Assembly (NCBI GenBank): GCA_050255815.1
Contig: JBLMVJ010000035.1
Span: 10,727-74,726 of the forward strand
Source: Candidatus Levyibacteriota bacterium
GTDB taxonomy: Bacteria > Patescibacteriota > Microgenomatia > Levybacterales > GWA1-39-11
Length of the DNA stretch: 64,000 bases
Direction of reading: 5' to 3'
Within the stretch, counting starts at the first letter, position 1; every line of letters begins with the position of its first letter. Under the pieces are notes generated by a model. The model was given only the letters and a program-made list of their open reading frames with translations. It did not search any database and was not told the DNA's origin. This document shows positions 55,965-64,000 of the stretch, one piece after another. Position numbers and translations under genes: made by a program.

Positions 55965-56675
55965 CTATTCACCTTCTATGGTTGTGCCATGAAAATCGCG
56001 CCCTTCCAGCGCGTTTTTAATGTTGTCAAAGTCATCACCCTTAAGGATAATAACCTTAAGCCCTAGCTCCTGTGCCTTTTGTGAGGCAATAGGATCAAAG
56101 GGCAAATTCATACCCGGAACCCATTCATCTCCGGTTAATTTCCGGAAGCCGCTCCAGGTGATTTTCTCTAACGGTTTTGCTTTGGGGTCTATTCGGGGGT
56201 CTGCGGTGTATACCTGGGGAATGTTAGTAAGGTTGAGGACTGTCTTTACGTTGTAGTCTTCACAGATCATGGTGGCGCAAAAATCCGTGCTCCAGCCCGG
56301 CTTCCACCCTGCAGCAATCACTACCGGCTCCTCTACCTTACGGATAATTTCATAATGCTTAATCACATAGGGGTGCGCAATGTCCCGGAAAATAGTCCTG
56401 ACCAAATGGGCATTTAATTTAGTTGCATGGATCCCAAGCCAATCCAAATCATCAGAAGTAAGCTCATGACCTACTACATTACGTCCGGCATCCCGGTATT
56501 TGCGTGCAATAGTACCTCCTCCAACCACTAAAAAAAATTGAAGGTTTGGGTCTGCCTTCAATTCTTTTCTGATAAATGCATTGAGGTTAGAGAGGAATTC
56601 CGTAGATACTCCACCATCAGGGACAAGAAGTGATCCTCCCACAGAGAGTACAATTTTGTGTTTACCGTTTGCCAT
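55965..56675 (-). CDS. pyrH: UMP kinase, archaeal-type (amino acid kinase fold)
   Basis: KIVLSVGGSLL and VVGGGTIAR motifs. 236 aa. The layout resembles archaeal PyrH rather than bacterial PyrH. Confidence 0.7.
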   Translation of the reverse strand: MANGKHKIVLSVGGSLLVPDGGVSTEFLSNLNAFIRKELKADPNLQFFLVVGGGTIARKYRDAGRNVVGHELTSDDLDWLGIHATKLNAHLVRTIFRDIAHPYVIKHYEIIRKVEEPVVIAAGWKPGWSTDFCATMICEDYNVKTVLNLTNIPQVYTADPRIDPKAKPLEKITWSGFRKLTGDEWVPGMNLPFDPIASQKAQELGLKVIILKGDDFDNIKNALEGRDFHGTTIEGE

Positions 56676-56774
56676 ACCAAAAAGAGCGAATCAGGTATCA
56701 TGTAGGATAACAAATACGCCTGTGGAAATCAAGGCTGATTGAATATAACCGGCATTAAGCTTATTATGTAAAAG

Positions 56775-56909
56775 ATGCCTGAAAATACTTTTCCTGAAAA
56801 AATTCCTGTCCAGTCCTGCCCCCAATGTGGTGAAACCATAGGGGCTATACCCGGTGGACGGGATGCTACCTGCCATAATTGTGGATTCAAAGATCCCTGT
56901 TGTGAGTAA
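56775..56909 (+). CDS. unlisted 44-aa zinc-ribbon protein (MPENTFPEKIPVQSCPQCGETIGAIPGGRDATCHNCGFKDPCCE)
   Basis: A CPQC...CHNC pair forms a classic zinc ribbon. The ORF is below the track cutoff and lies 38 nt upstream of the next + strand gene. Confidence 0.4.
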   Translation: MPENTFPEKIPVQSCPQCGETIGAIPGGRDATCHNCGFKDPCCE

Positions 56910-56947
56910 AAGTTCCGCCTTGTTGACATGAGGAGTATACTAGAAGT

Positions 56948-57529
56948 ATGAGTTGGATTTTCAGGCTGTACATTTTCTTTGTTGCCATTATACTCACTAC
57001 AACCACCGGTTTTGGCATAGCTGCTTTTTATCCCCAACCCATCTCTCCCAGGTACCCTATCTCCAACCCTACGGTTATAGTTCCAAAAAGCTGCTACGCT
57101 ACTCCGCAGGAAGCTGCTACTCCTGAGTGCCAAAAAATTTATGCACAGTTAGAATCAGGACAAACGCAAAACATACAAGCCCAACAGGATTTTGAAAATA
57201 AAATGGAAGCTTACAATAATATAAATGCCGGATACACCAGGACCGCAATCTTTTTAGGCATTTCAGTAGGTGCTTTATTTGCCATTTTAGGGATTGGGAT
57301 TATCAGGTTTTCTCCGCTGGTTGCAAACGGGGTTATCCTGGCCGGAGTTTTGACTGCTATCTTAACGCGCTTTCTGATCATGCTGGCCTCATTGGGCTCA
57401 TCCGCTACCGGAAGTTCCAGTGCTGACGCCCTTTCCTATGTTGAGTTCACTATTCTCCTGATGCTGTCAGCAGCTGTCCTTTTTGTAGGCTTTACCACGC
57501 TGCGCTCACTGCAGGTAAAAACAAAATAA
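56948..57529 (+). CDS. hypothetical membrane protein
   Basis: One N-terminal and three C-terminal TM segments. Confidence 0.5.
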   Translation: MSWIFRLYIFFVAIILTTTTGFGIAAFYPQPISPRYPISNPTVIVPKSCYATPQEAATPECQKIYAQLESGQTQNIQAQQDFENKMEAYNNINAGYTRTAIFLGISVGALFAILGIGIIRFSPLVANGVILAGVLTAILTRFLIMLASLGSSATGSSSADALSYVEFTILLMLSAAVLFVGFTTLRSLQVKTK

Positions 57530-58387
57530 CTACCGGAGTTTAAAGTATTTAAGGATTTCTAAAAAGCCGTTTTCATCTACTGAGGGTGCCAGGAAATAGT
57601 TGCCATCCCCTTTTGTTTTCGCCTCTTCCTGTAATGCAAGGCTGGTATTTCCTACTACCGCTACGTTTCCGCATTCCTTCATAAAAACCCAATCTCCTGT
57701 AGTGTCCCCTACCCCCAAAATTTCAGGAAATGAAAGCCCCATGGAATCAACTACTTCCCGGACAGCGGAAAGTTTTGTAATTCCTTTCAGGGTAACCAGG
57801 GCATACCGCCAATCCCCGGTCATGGGATGGGACGTCCATAACAAGTTTATCCGGTCTAGGTAAGGCCCTATGATTTTTTTAATTTCCTCTATTTCCTCTG
57901 CTGTCCTGACGGTTGCCAGCATTTTTATCACCTCTAATTCTTCCACATGTTTTTCTAAAGATGGTGAAACCAGGATTTGTTTTTCCATAACGCCTGACCT
58001 TTTCTCCGTGATTTCCGGATTATGTGATGCATCCACAAATGTGTCAGTAAGCGTGTTTACACTAATATGGATCTTTTTTTCAACACAAGCCTTAATTATT
58101 TCTTGTACCAGTTTAGTTTCCAGGGTATGCTTCCTGATAATTTCTTTTTTTATAGGGTTAAAGATGAGGGTACCGCCGTCACCTATATGGGGGTTATCCA
58201 GGTGAGCTTCCCAAATGATATTTTCTATAACGTAAGATGCTTTACCGGTACACAATATAACAGGAATTCCCTTCTGATTGAGGGTTTTGAGGGCATGCAT
58301 CACCTCAGGGTTAGGTTTAGGAAAATTAAACCCTTTCTTATTTCCTATAATAACCCCATCAATATCTGAAATTATTGCGCGAATCAT
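57530..58387 (-). CDS. HAD-superfamily hydrolase (Cof/IIB type)
   Basis: ISDIDGV motif I and GVGDTTGD motif IV. Confidence 0.7.
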   Translation of the reverse strand: MIRAIISDIDGVIIGNKKGFNFPKPNPEVMHALKTLNQKGIPVILCTGKASYVIENIIWEAHLDNPHIGDGGTLIFNPIKKEIIRKHTLETKLVQEIIKACVEKKIHISVNTLTDTFVDASHNPEITEKRSGVMEKQILVSPSLEKHVEELEVIKMLATVRTAEEIEEIKKIIGPYLDRINLLWTSHPMTGDWRYALVTLKGITKLSAVREVVDSMGLSFPEILGVGDTTGDWVFMKECGNVAVVGNTSLALQEEAKTKGDGNYFLAPSVDENGFLEILKYFKLR

Positions 58388-58424
58388 TACGTAATTCTAA
58401 CATTTCCAATGATAGACTTATACT

Positions 58425-58979
58425 ATGGATCAAAAACTGGAGGCGGCAACACTTGCCGGGGGGTGTTTTTGGTGTACGGAGGCTATCTTTAAACGGCTAA
58501 AAGGCGTTGAAAAAGTAACCTCAGGTTACTCCGGCGGCAAACAGGAAAACCCGAGTTACGAGGAAGTGTCCTCCGGTGACACTGGCCACGCGGAAAGCAT
58601 CCAAATAGAATTTGACCCTAGCATAATTCCTTATGAGAAAATTCTGGAGATTTTCTTCCATTTACATGACCCTACCACAAAAAACCGGCAGGGAAATGAC
58701 GTGGGAGAACAATATAGATCTATGATCTTCTATCACTCTCTATATCAAAAGTCAGCTGCAGAAAAGGTAAAACAGGAAGTAGAAAAAGAAGGAAAATACA
58801 AAGACCCAATAGTAACTGAGATAATCCCCTATGACGCCTTCTACTCTGCTGAAGGCTACCACCAGAATTATTATGAGAATAACCAGAACCAGGGATACTG
58901 CAGTTTTATCATTACCCCAAAAATCCAGAAACTCCTACGGGAATATACAAAAGAAGTGAAAGAGGAATACCTTTCTTAA
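58425..58979 (+). CDS. msrA: peptide-methionine (S)-S-oxide reductase
   Basis: GGCFWCTEA active-site motif. Confidence 0.92.
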   Translation: MDQKLEAATLAGGCFWCTEAIFKRLKGVEKVTSGYSGGKQENPSYEEVSSGDTGHAESIQIEFDPSIIPYEKILEIFFHLHDPTTKNRQGNDVGEQYRSMIFYHSLYQKSAAEKVKQEVEKEGKYKDPIVTEIIPYDAFYSAEGYHQNYYENNQNQGYCSFIITPKIQKLLREYTKEVKEEYLS

Positions 58980-59518
58980 GCCCTTTTCTTAGAAGTTCTT
59001 AACACAAAGAGTTTTGCAATAAAAACTACCACCATAGTTGCTGCCCAGCCAAAGAAGACCTGCCAGAGAAGTTTATTTTCCCGTATCTCCACCTCTTTTA
59101 AGGAACGCCCTACCAGCACGTATCCATTCTTATACTTTTCTACCACTGCTGCGGAACGCACACCTGCCTGGGGCTGCCAGGTAAAGCGTACTTCTTGTTT
59201 TTGGGAGACGGTATCAAAAACTCCGACAGGAAGTTCCGGAACCTTACCGCCAATTTCCCCCGTTGAAATAGTCAATTTCTTATTTGCGTCAAAAATCATG
59301 ATAAAAACCGCCAGGCTTTTACCCATATCTATGCGGGAAGGCGGGATAATGGTGTCAGCAGGAGTGCCCTGGGCCAGGCTGTTTGCTATGTCCTGGGCAA
59401 ACTGGATCTGGGGGTCATTTGCGTTCATACGCAAATTCTGCTGTTCTACAAAATACATAAGTCCGCACAAAAGTGTAACCGCGAGCCCCAGAGGAATAAA
59501 TTTTCTCAAGCCTCCCAT
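58976..59518 (-). CDS. hypothetical membrane protein
   Basis: N- and C-terminal TM helices. 4-nt overlap with the 3' end of msrA (convergent). Confidence 0.45.
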   Translation of the reverse strand: MGGLRKFIPLGLAVTLLCGLMYFVEQQNLRMNANDPQIQFAQDIANSLAQGTPADTIIPPSRIDMGKSLAVFIMIFDANKKLTISTGEIGGKVPELPVGVFDTVSQKQEVRFTWQPQAGVRSAAVVEKYKNGYVLVGRSLKEVEIRENKLLWQVFFGWAATMVVVFIAKLFVLRTSKKRA

Positions 59519-59591
59519 ACCTCCATTATAACGTCAGAATTTTAAAAAAAACAAGTTCCCTTTAAAATTTAGCTTTCTTCCTTTATAATCA

Positions 59592-60194
59592 ATGTTTATG
59601 GCCACCCTCCCAACTAACTACCAAAAACATATGTCCGCTGACCCATCCCGCAAATTCTTCCTGCGCCGTTTTAACAAGACATTGGTTAAAAACATAAAAA
59701 ACCTGAATGTTTCCTCTATTCTAGACGCGGGGTGCGGGGAAGGATTTACCCTTAACCAGCTATATGAGGCAAAAGCGGCAAAACACCTGGAAGGGGTGGA
59801 TTTTTCAAAACAGGCAGTAAGCCTGGGAAATAAACAGTTTCCCAAGCTGAAACTAAAACAGGGTGACATTTACAAACTACCCTACAAAAAAGATGAATTT
59901 GAGCTGGTTATATGTTCTGAGGTTTTAGAGCATTTGGAACACCCGGAAAAGGCTGTTAGAGAAGTACTTCGCGTTTCCAAAAAGTATGTGCTCTTCAGCG
60001 TACCCAATGAGCCCTTTTTTATGGGATCCAGACTTTTAAAAGGCATGAATATCAAACAGCTGGGCAACCACCCGGAACACATTAACCATTGGAACGTTTT
60101 TTCCTTCCCGCAAATGCTACAGAAAAACGGGGTAAAAGTGAAAAAAGTCCTCTACCCATTCCCGTGGATTTTAGTATTAGGGAAAAAAGAATAA
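59592..60194 (+). CDS. class I SAM-dependent methyltransferase
   Basis: ILDAGCGEG motif I and VICSEVLEHL. Confidence 0.75.
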   Translation: MFMATLPTNYQKHMSADPSRKFFLRRFNKTLVKNIKNLNVSSILDAGCGEGFTLNQLYEAKAAKHLEGVDFSKQAVSLGNKQFPKLKLKQGDIYKLPYKKDEFELVICSEVLEHLEHPEKAVREVLRVSKKYVLFSVPNEPFFMGSRLLKGMNIKQLGNHPEHINHWNVFSFPQMLQKNGVKVKKVLYPFPWILVLGKKE

Positions 60195-60197
60195 CTT

Positions 60198-61142
60198 CTA
60201 TTCTTCAGAGGAATATTTGAGACGGCCCAGAAATTTCTCCCCATTCTCCTGGCGGTCATTTAAGTGGACCAGAAGGTCTGCAAGAAAACCGGTGAAAAAT
60301 GCCTGGATACCGGACAGGACCAACATCACCCCTAAGAATAATAACGGACGAGTCCCTATAGTCTCTCCTGCAAAATGGAGAAATGACAAATATCCAAGCA
60401 CAAGTATACCCAAAAGAAATAGGATCTCTCCAACTATTCCAAAGAAATGCAAGGGCCGTTCTTTGTATCTGCTTAAAAAGATCATGGTTAACATATCCGG
60501 CATGTCTTTCCAGAGTTTTGAAAACCCGTACTTGGAAACGCCAAATTTCCGCTTAGCATGTTCTACCGGCACTTCCATGACGGTAAATCCATGCTGATAC
60601 GCCAAAAGGGGGATAAACCGGTGGAATCCTCCATACAGCTTTAAGGACTTTGCTGCCTGCGCGGTATATCCTTTTAAACCGCAGTTATAATCATGCAGTT
60701 TTAGTCCCCAAAAACGGTTTGCCAAAGAATTAAAGAACTTGGAAGATAATTTTTTCTTGAAAGAATCCTGCCTGTTTTTCCTCCATCCGCACACTACCTC
60801 TGCCCCGTTTGGGTCTTCCAGTGCGTCCAATATTTTTTTTATCTCAGACGGCTTATCCTGTAAATCTGCGTCTAACGTAACAATATATTCACCTTTTGCC
60901 TGGGAAAACCCTACGCTCAGCGCCTCAGATTTCCCCACATTTTTGCGGAAAGAAAAGATCTTCACATCCTTATCCTTTTTATGGAAAGCTTTCAGTAAAC
61001 GGAGGGTTGCATCTGTGGACCCGTCATCAATGAACAAAATCTCATAAGGCTTTTTTAGCTTGGATAGCTCTTTTACCAGCACTTCATAGAACGCTTCCAG
61101 AGACTCCTCTTCATTGTAAACCGGAACTACAATACTAATCAT
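60198..61142 (-). CDS. family 2 glycosyltransferase with C-terminal TM helices (polyprenol-phosphate glycosyltransferase-like)
   Basis: ISIVVPVYNEE, IDDGSTD and LDADLQD motifs, plus two C-terminal TM helices. Confidence 0.8.
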   Translation of the reverse strand: MISIVVPVYNEEESLEAFYEVLVKELSKLKKPYEILFIDDGSTDATLRLLKAFHKKDKDVKIFSFRKNVGKSEALSVGFSQAKGEYIVTLDADLQDKPSEIKKILDALEDPNGAEVVCGWRKNRQDSFKKKLSSKFFNSLANRFWGLKLHDYNCGLKGYTAQAAKSLKLYGGFHRFIPLLAYQHGFTVMEVPVEHAKRKFGVSKYGFSKLWKDMPDMLTMIFLSRYKERPLHFFGIVGEILFLLGILVLGYLSFLHFAGETIGTRPLLFLGVMLVLSGIQAFFTGFLADLLVHLNDRQENGEKFLGRLKYSSEE

Positions 61143-61267
61143 TTTGGATATTATAGCATCTTCCAGGATGGAAGATGATATATCGAAAGATTCATTAGTT
61201 ATAAATCTCCCAAAGGGATATGGTATATGAGGGTTCTTTTTAGTTATACCAAAACTGAGGCTAATTA

Positions 61268-63682
61268 CTAAATTTTAGAGAATGCTATGAAGTCTCCGGT
61301 CTCATATAAAATTTTGTAGGAAGGGTTTTTTCTGAGGTTTTCAACCATTTGTTTCTGCGCAGGAAGAGACGGCTGTGCATAGGTATCATTAAGAAGAAAA
61401 ACAATTACATCAGCCTCATCTAATCCATTGGGAATGGTGTAAATCTTCTCCCTCTGGGATAGATGAGAACCAACATTATTACTGGCTGCTACACTATATT
61501 TTTCATCTATGGTCATAAGAAACTGTGAAATTTCCTTACGGTTTGAAAGCTGCCTGGTAAACATATCTATGTTAGGATGCAGGCTTCCCGGAAGAGGCCC
61601 TAAAACATATGCGGAGAACAGGGAGGATCCCAGCAGGACTGCTATTAAAACAGTGTCATTTAAAAGCCTTATCCTTTTTTGTGCAATCTTTATTCCATAC
61701 ACTGCTGAAGTAAAGATAAACGGGGTGATAGTTGCCGTGTACTGGTAATAAATTTCATGCAGCTGCCCGTTATTGCTTAAGACATTAATAGCTAAATCAG
61801 GAATGGCAAAGATAAGTGACGGGATTGCAAAGAGCGGTAAAAAAGCAACCGGAGACATAATCTCAAGAATATAATTAATCCGTGCGGGGGATGCTAACAA
61901 CTGGACCCATTTCTGGGGGGCAATAAACAGGGACAGGAAAATTTCCCCGGGAGAAGACCCCAAATGGGAAAAGTAAGAAAGTGCAAAATGGACATCTCCT
62001 CTTTGTCCCGGTATCACATGGGAAACCAAAACGTAAAACATGCCTAAAGAGATAAAAAAGGTAAGAATACCCGTTACTGCAACGCCTAGCCGGGTTATGT
62101 GCAGGCTTTTCTTCTTCCACTCTATGCCATCCATGGCAAGGCGTATCCCTAAAAACGCTGCAACAATCCACACTTCTTCTTTCGTCAATGCTGACAATAC
62201 GATAAACAGGAAAAACAAAAACCTCTTTTTTTTCAAAAGAAAATAATAAGCGGCCAGCAAAAATCCGGTGGCTAAAACAACCGGATGGAAATCATATAAA
62301 ACTGAGTACGAAAGGCCGGGATTTAAAAGATAGGCGCAGGAAACTGCAAGGGCAAGAAGCGGTTTTTTTAAAACGGATTTTGCAATAAGAAAGATAAAAA
62401 CAGCGCCCATTGCAACGGTAAATGCCTGTAAAAAGATAAGGACCCGGGGGTCAGACCAAAAAGCATACAGCGGCGCAAAAAAGACCAGGATCACATCAGC
62501 GTGAAAGGCAAGACGGGAAATAACCTTAGTCCCATTAGGGTCAGTAAATTGGAAAACGTTCCCGTGCAAGGTATTCCATACCGTCTGGTCCATATTTCCC
62601 AGGTCAAATCTGCCGGTAAAAAAATTGTCATAACGCAAAAATCCTGCAATGGTGTAATACAGGGTAAATAAGGAAACCATAACCCCCAGGAAAAGTTCTG
62701 TACCATACTCTTGCACCATGAATATAACCCTTTGGATAGTTTTGCTTCTATACCAAAGCACTACAAAACATACAAAAAGAACTTCCCCTGCAACTTGTAA
62801 GATGCGTGCTAAAATAGATGCAAAAACTGCCACTCCCACACCCAAAAACGGGGCCAGTCCTACAGACATCATCCCTTCCCTCACACCCAAACCCATAGGG
62901 GTTAAAATAGTAATATATCCAAAAAAGAGGCTGAATATAAAAAATGAGATAAATGCCAGGAGCATAAAAGGGGTCAAAAACGTCACGGATAAAACAGCAA
63001 AAAATGTCCCCAAACCAAATAGGGAAAGGTAACAGATGGTAAGAAACAGCAACTGAAGTGTCTGCACAGCGGTAAAACCGGGCAGCAAAGGCCGTAAGCG
63101 CTTTGCAAACGGAGCGGGTACCTTAGTCAAAAACCAGGAATGAAATAAGAAAATGCTTCCCATTAAAACTCCTCCTGCCTCTAAAAGGAACATGAGAATT
63201 GAAGAAAGTGGATTGTTGTAGAACACGTATTGGTTAAGAAGCGGCAAGGCAGGTATGCTAGCCAGAACACACCCGGCAGCAAAAAATTCAGCTTCTATAA
63301 GCAGGAGGTGGAAGATTTCTTTCTTTTTTGCCCCATGTGCAGAAAGCAGTATTCCCTTGCCTAAAAAAGACCAAAAGTTGCCCGGAATATAACGCTTCAA
63401 TTCTGAAATTGACCATATATATGTTGCGCGCTCACGGGGAATTGTAATATTTTTATTGCACAGCAGGATGTACCAGATGATGCTTCTAATTAAAAAGTAG
63501 AAAAAGTAACATGCTACGGAAAAGAATAAAAATGAAAAAGAAACGTGGGAAAAAACCCGGGAGAAAGAAATGTTTTGCTTTGATAAGGTGTACAGGAGAA
63601 AGACAAAAGCAAGTGCGGCCAGCGGCCAGCTGAACAGAAATTTCAGCGTGTTGTAATACCGTGAGAACGGTGATAATTTCAT
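61268..63682 (-). CDS. 804-aa polytopic membrane protein (N-terminal flippase-like region + DUF2079-like putative glycosyltransferase region)
   Basis: At least 20 TM segments. RYDNFFTGRFDLGNMDQTVWN resembles the DUF2079 hallmark. Assignment is from memory. Confidence 0.5.
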   Translation of the reverse strand: MKLSPFSRYYNTLKFLFSWPLAALAFVFLLYTLSKQNISFSRVFSHVSFSFLFFSVACYFFYFLIRSIIWYILLCNKNITIPRERATYIWSISELKRYIPGNFWSFLGKGILLSAHGAKKKEIFHLLLIEAEFFAAGCVLASIPALPLLNQYVFYNNPLSSILMFLLEAGGVLMGSIFLFHSWFLTKVPAPFAKRLRPLLPGFTAVQTLQLLFLTICYLSLFGLGTFFAVLSVTFLTPFMLLAFISFFIFSLFFGYITILTPMGLGVREGMMSVGLAPFLGVGVAVFASILARILQVAGEVLFVCFVVLWYRSKTIQRVIFMVQEYGTELFLGVMVSLFTLYYTIAGFLRYDNFFTGRFDLGNMDQTVWNTLHGNVFQFTDPNGTKVISRLAFHADVILVFFAPLYAFWSDPRVLIFLQAFTVAMGAVFIFLIAKSVLKKPLLALAVSCAYLLNPGLSYSVLYDFHPVVLATGFLLAAYYFLLKKKRFLFFLFIVLSALTKEEVWIVAAFLGIRLAMDGIEWKKKSLHITRLGVAVTGILTFFISLGMFYVLVSHVIPGQRGDVHFALSYFSHLGSSPGEIFLSLFIAPQKWVQLLASPARINYILEIMSPVAFLPLFAIPSLIFAIPDLAINVLSNNGQLHEIYYQYTATITPFIFTSAVYGIKIAQKRIRLLNDTVLIAVLLGSSLFSAYVLGPLPGSLHPNIDMFTRQLSNRKEISQFLMTIDEKYSVAASNNVGSHLSQREKIYTIPNGLDEADVIVFLLNDTYAQPSLPAQKQMVENLRKNPSYKILYETGDFIAFSKI

Positions 63683-63782
63683 GCTTCATATTGTAGCACG
63701 GAACACGTTTACTCCATCTGAGAAAAATCTTAAGGATTAGGCTGTCTTGCAAAGGAAGCAGGAACGAGTATATATTAATAAT

Positions 63783-64000
63783 ATGTTTCCCAGGCTTTTT
63801 AGGATCCTCTTGTTGCTTTTGGTGCTCTACACTCTTCTCCCTTCTGTGGCATTAGGGCAACAAACCTCTACCGGAAGCGTCCAGGGAGCTGCAACACTGG
63901 GCGTGGCCCGGATAGTAGAAACGGCTGAGAAAAACCCGCAGGATGGCAGCATACTGACTGACACCCCCAAAGGTGCAGCACTTTCAAGCCTGGCCTATGA
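63783..64000 (+). CDS. 5' part of a secreted protein (runs off the window)
   Basis: ATG at 63783. Signal-peptide-like MFPRLFRILLLLLVLYTLLPSVALG. Open to the window end. Confidence 0.4.
   Translation, partial: MFPRLFRILLLLLVLYTLLPSVALGQQTSTGSVQGAATLGVARIVETAEKNPQDGSILTDTPKGAALSSLAY

Overview
The window is 64 kb of a gene-dense, low-GC bacterial chromosome; hand-counted 60-nt lines outside the island give roughly 40-45% G+C. Nearly all genes lack a Shine-Dalgarno sequence. The gene content suggests a Patescibacteria/CPR-type genome, but this is inference because no database search was possible. Supporting signs are an archaeal-type UMP kinase, an ATP-dependent Lig1-like DNA ligase, an EndoQ-like PHP nuclease, a type IV pilin, many glycosyltransferases and polytopic membrane proteins, a 23S rRNA full of insertions, and no linked 16S.

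Recognisable housekeeping genes:
- Information processing and repair: rho, radA, a PIN/TRAM gene, ribosomal protein S1, recF, pth, an MGMT-like gene.
- Metabolism: eno, gpmA, a CBS-less IMPDH, gpsA-like, an NAD(P)HX dehydratase, msrA.
- Transport and redox: pit plus a PhoU-like DUF47 gene, trxB and trxA, and an ABC-2 transporter with one ATPase and two duplicated permease pairs.
- Other: a Fic gene and a surface-glycan cluster (GT2, GT4, galE and large membrane proteins).

A minus-strand rRNA operon (promoter, tRNA-Ala(UGC), 23S, 5S, no 16S) occupies about 33.5-38.6 kb. Its 23S is about 4.07 kb because of four insertions:
- two group I-type introns, placed exactly after the E. coli U1951 and U2500 equivalents;
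- a 300-nt stem-closed insertion carrying a GIY-YIG ORF;
- a 107-nt stem-closed expansion.

The most anomalous feature is an abrupt ~2.4 kb high-GC island at about 9.8-12.2 kb. Hand-counted lines there give 67-73% G+C, and its ORFs carry GGAG ribosome-binding sites, unlike the rest of the window. It encodes a repeat-rich single-pass membrane protein of no family I recognise and has no visible mobility genes. It is either a recent foreign acquisition or an assembly chimera.

Other leads are several dispersed intergenic repeat families, two candidate small or leader RNAs in the 0.9 kb non-coding gap upstream of galE, recurrent promoter-to-ATG geometry implying leaderless mRNAs, and an unknown gene translationally coupled to the DNA ligase. 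All protein calls rest on motifs read from the supplied translations.
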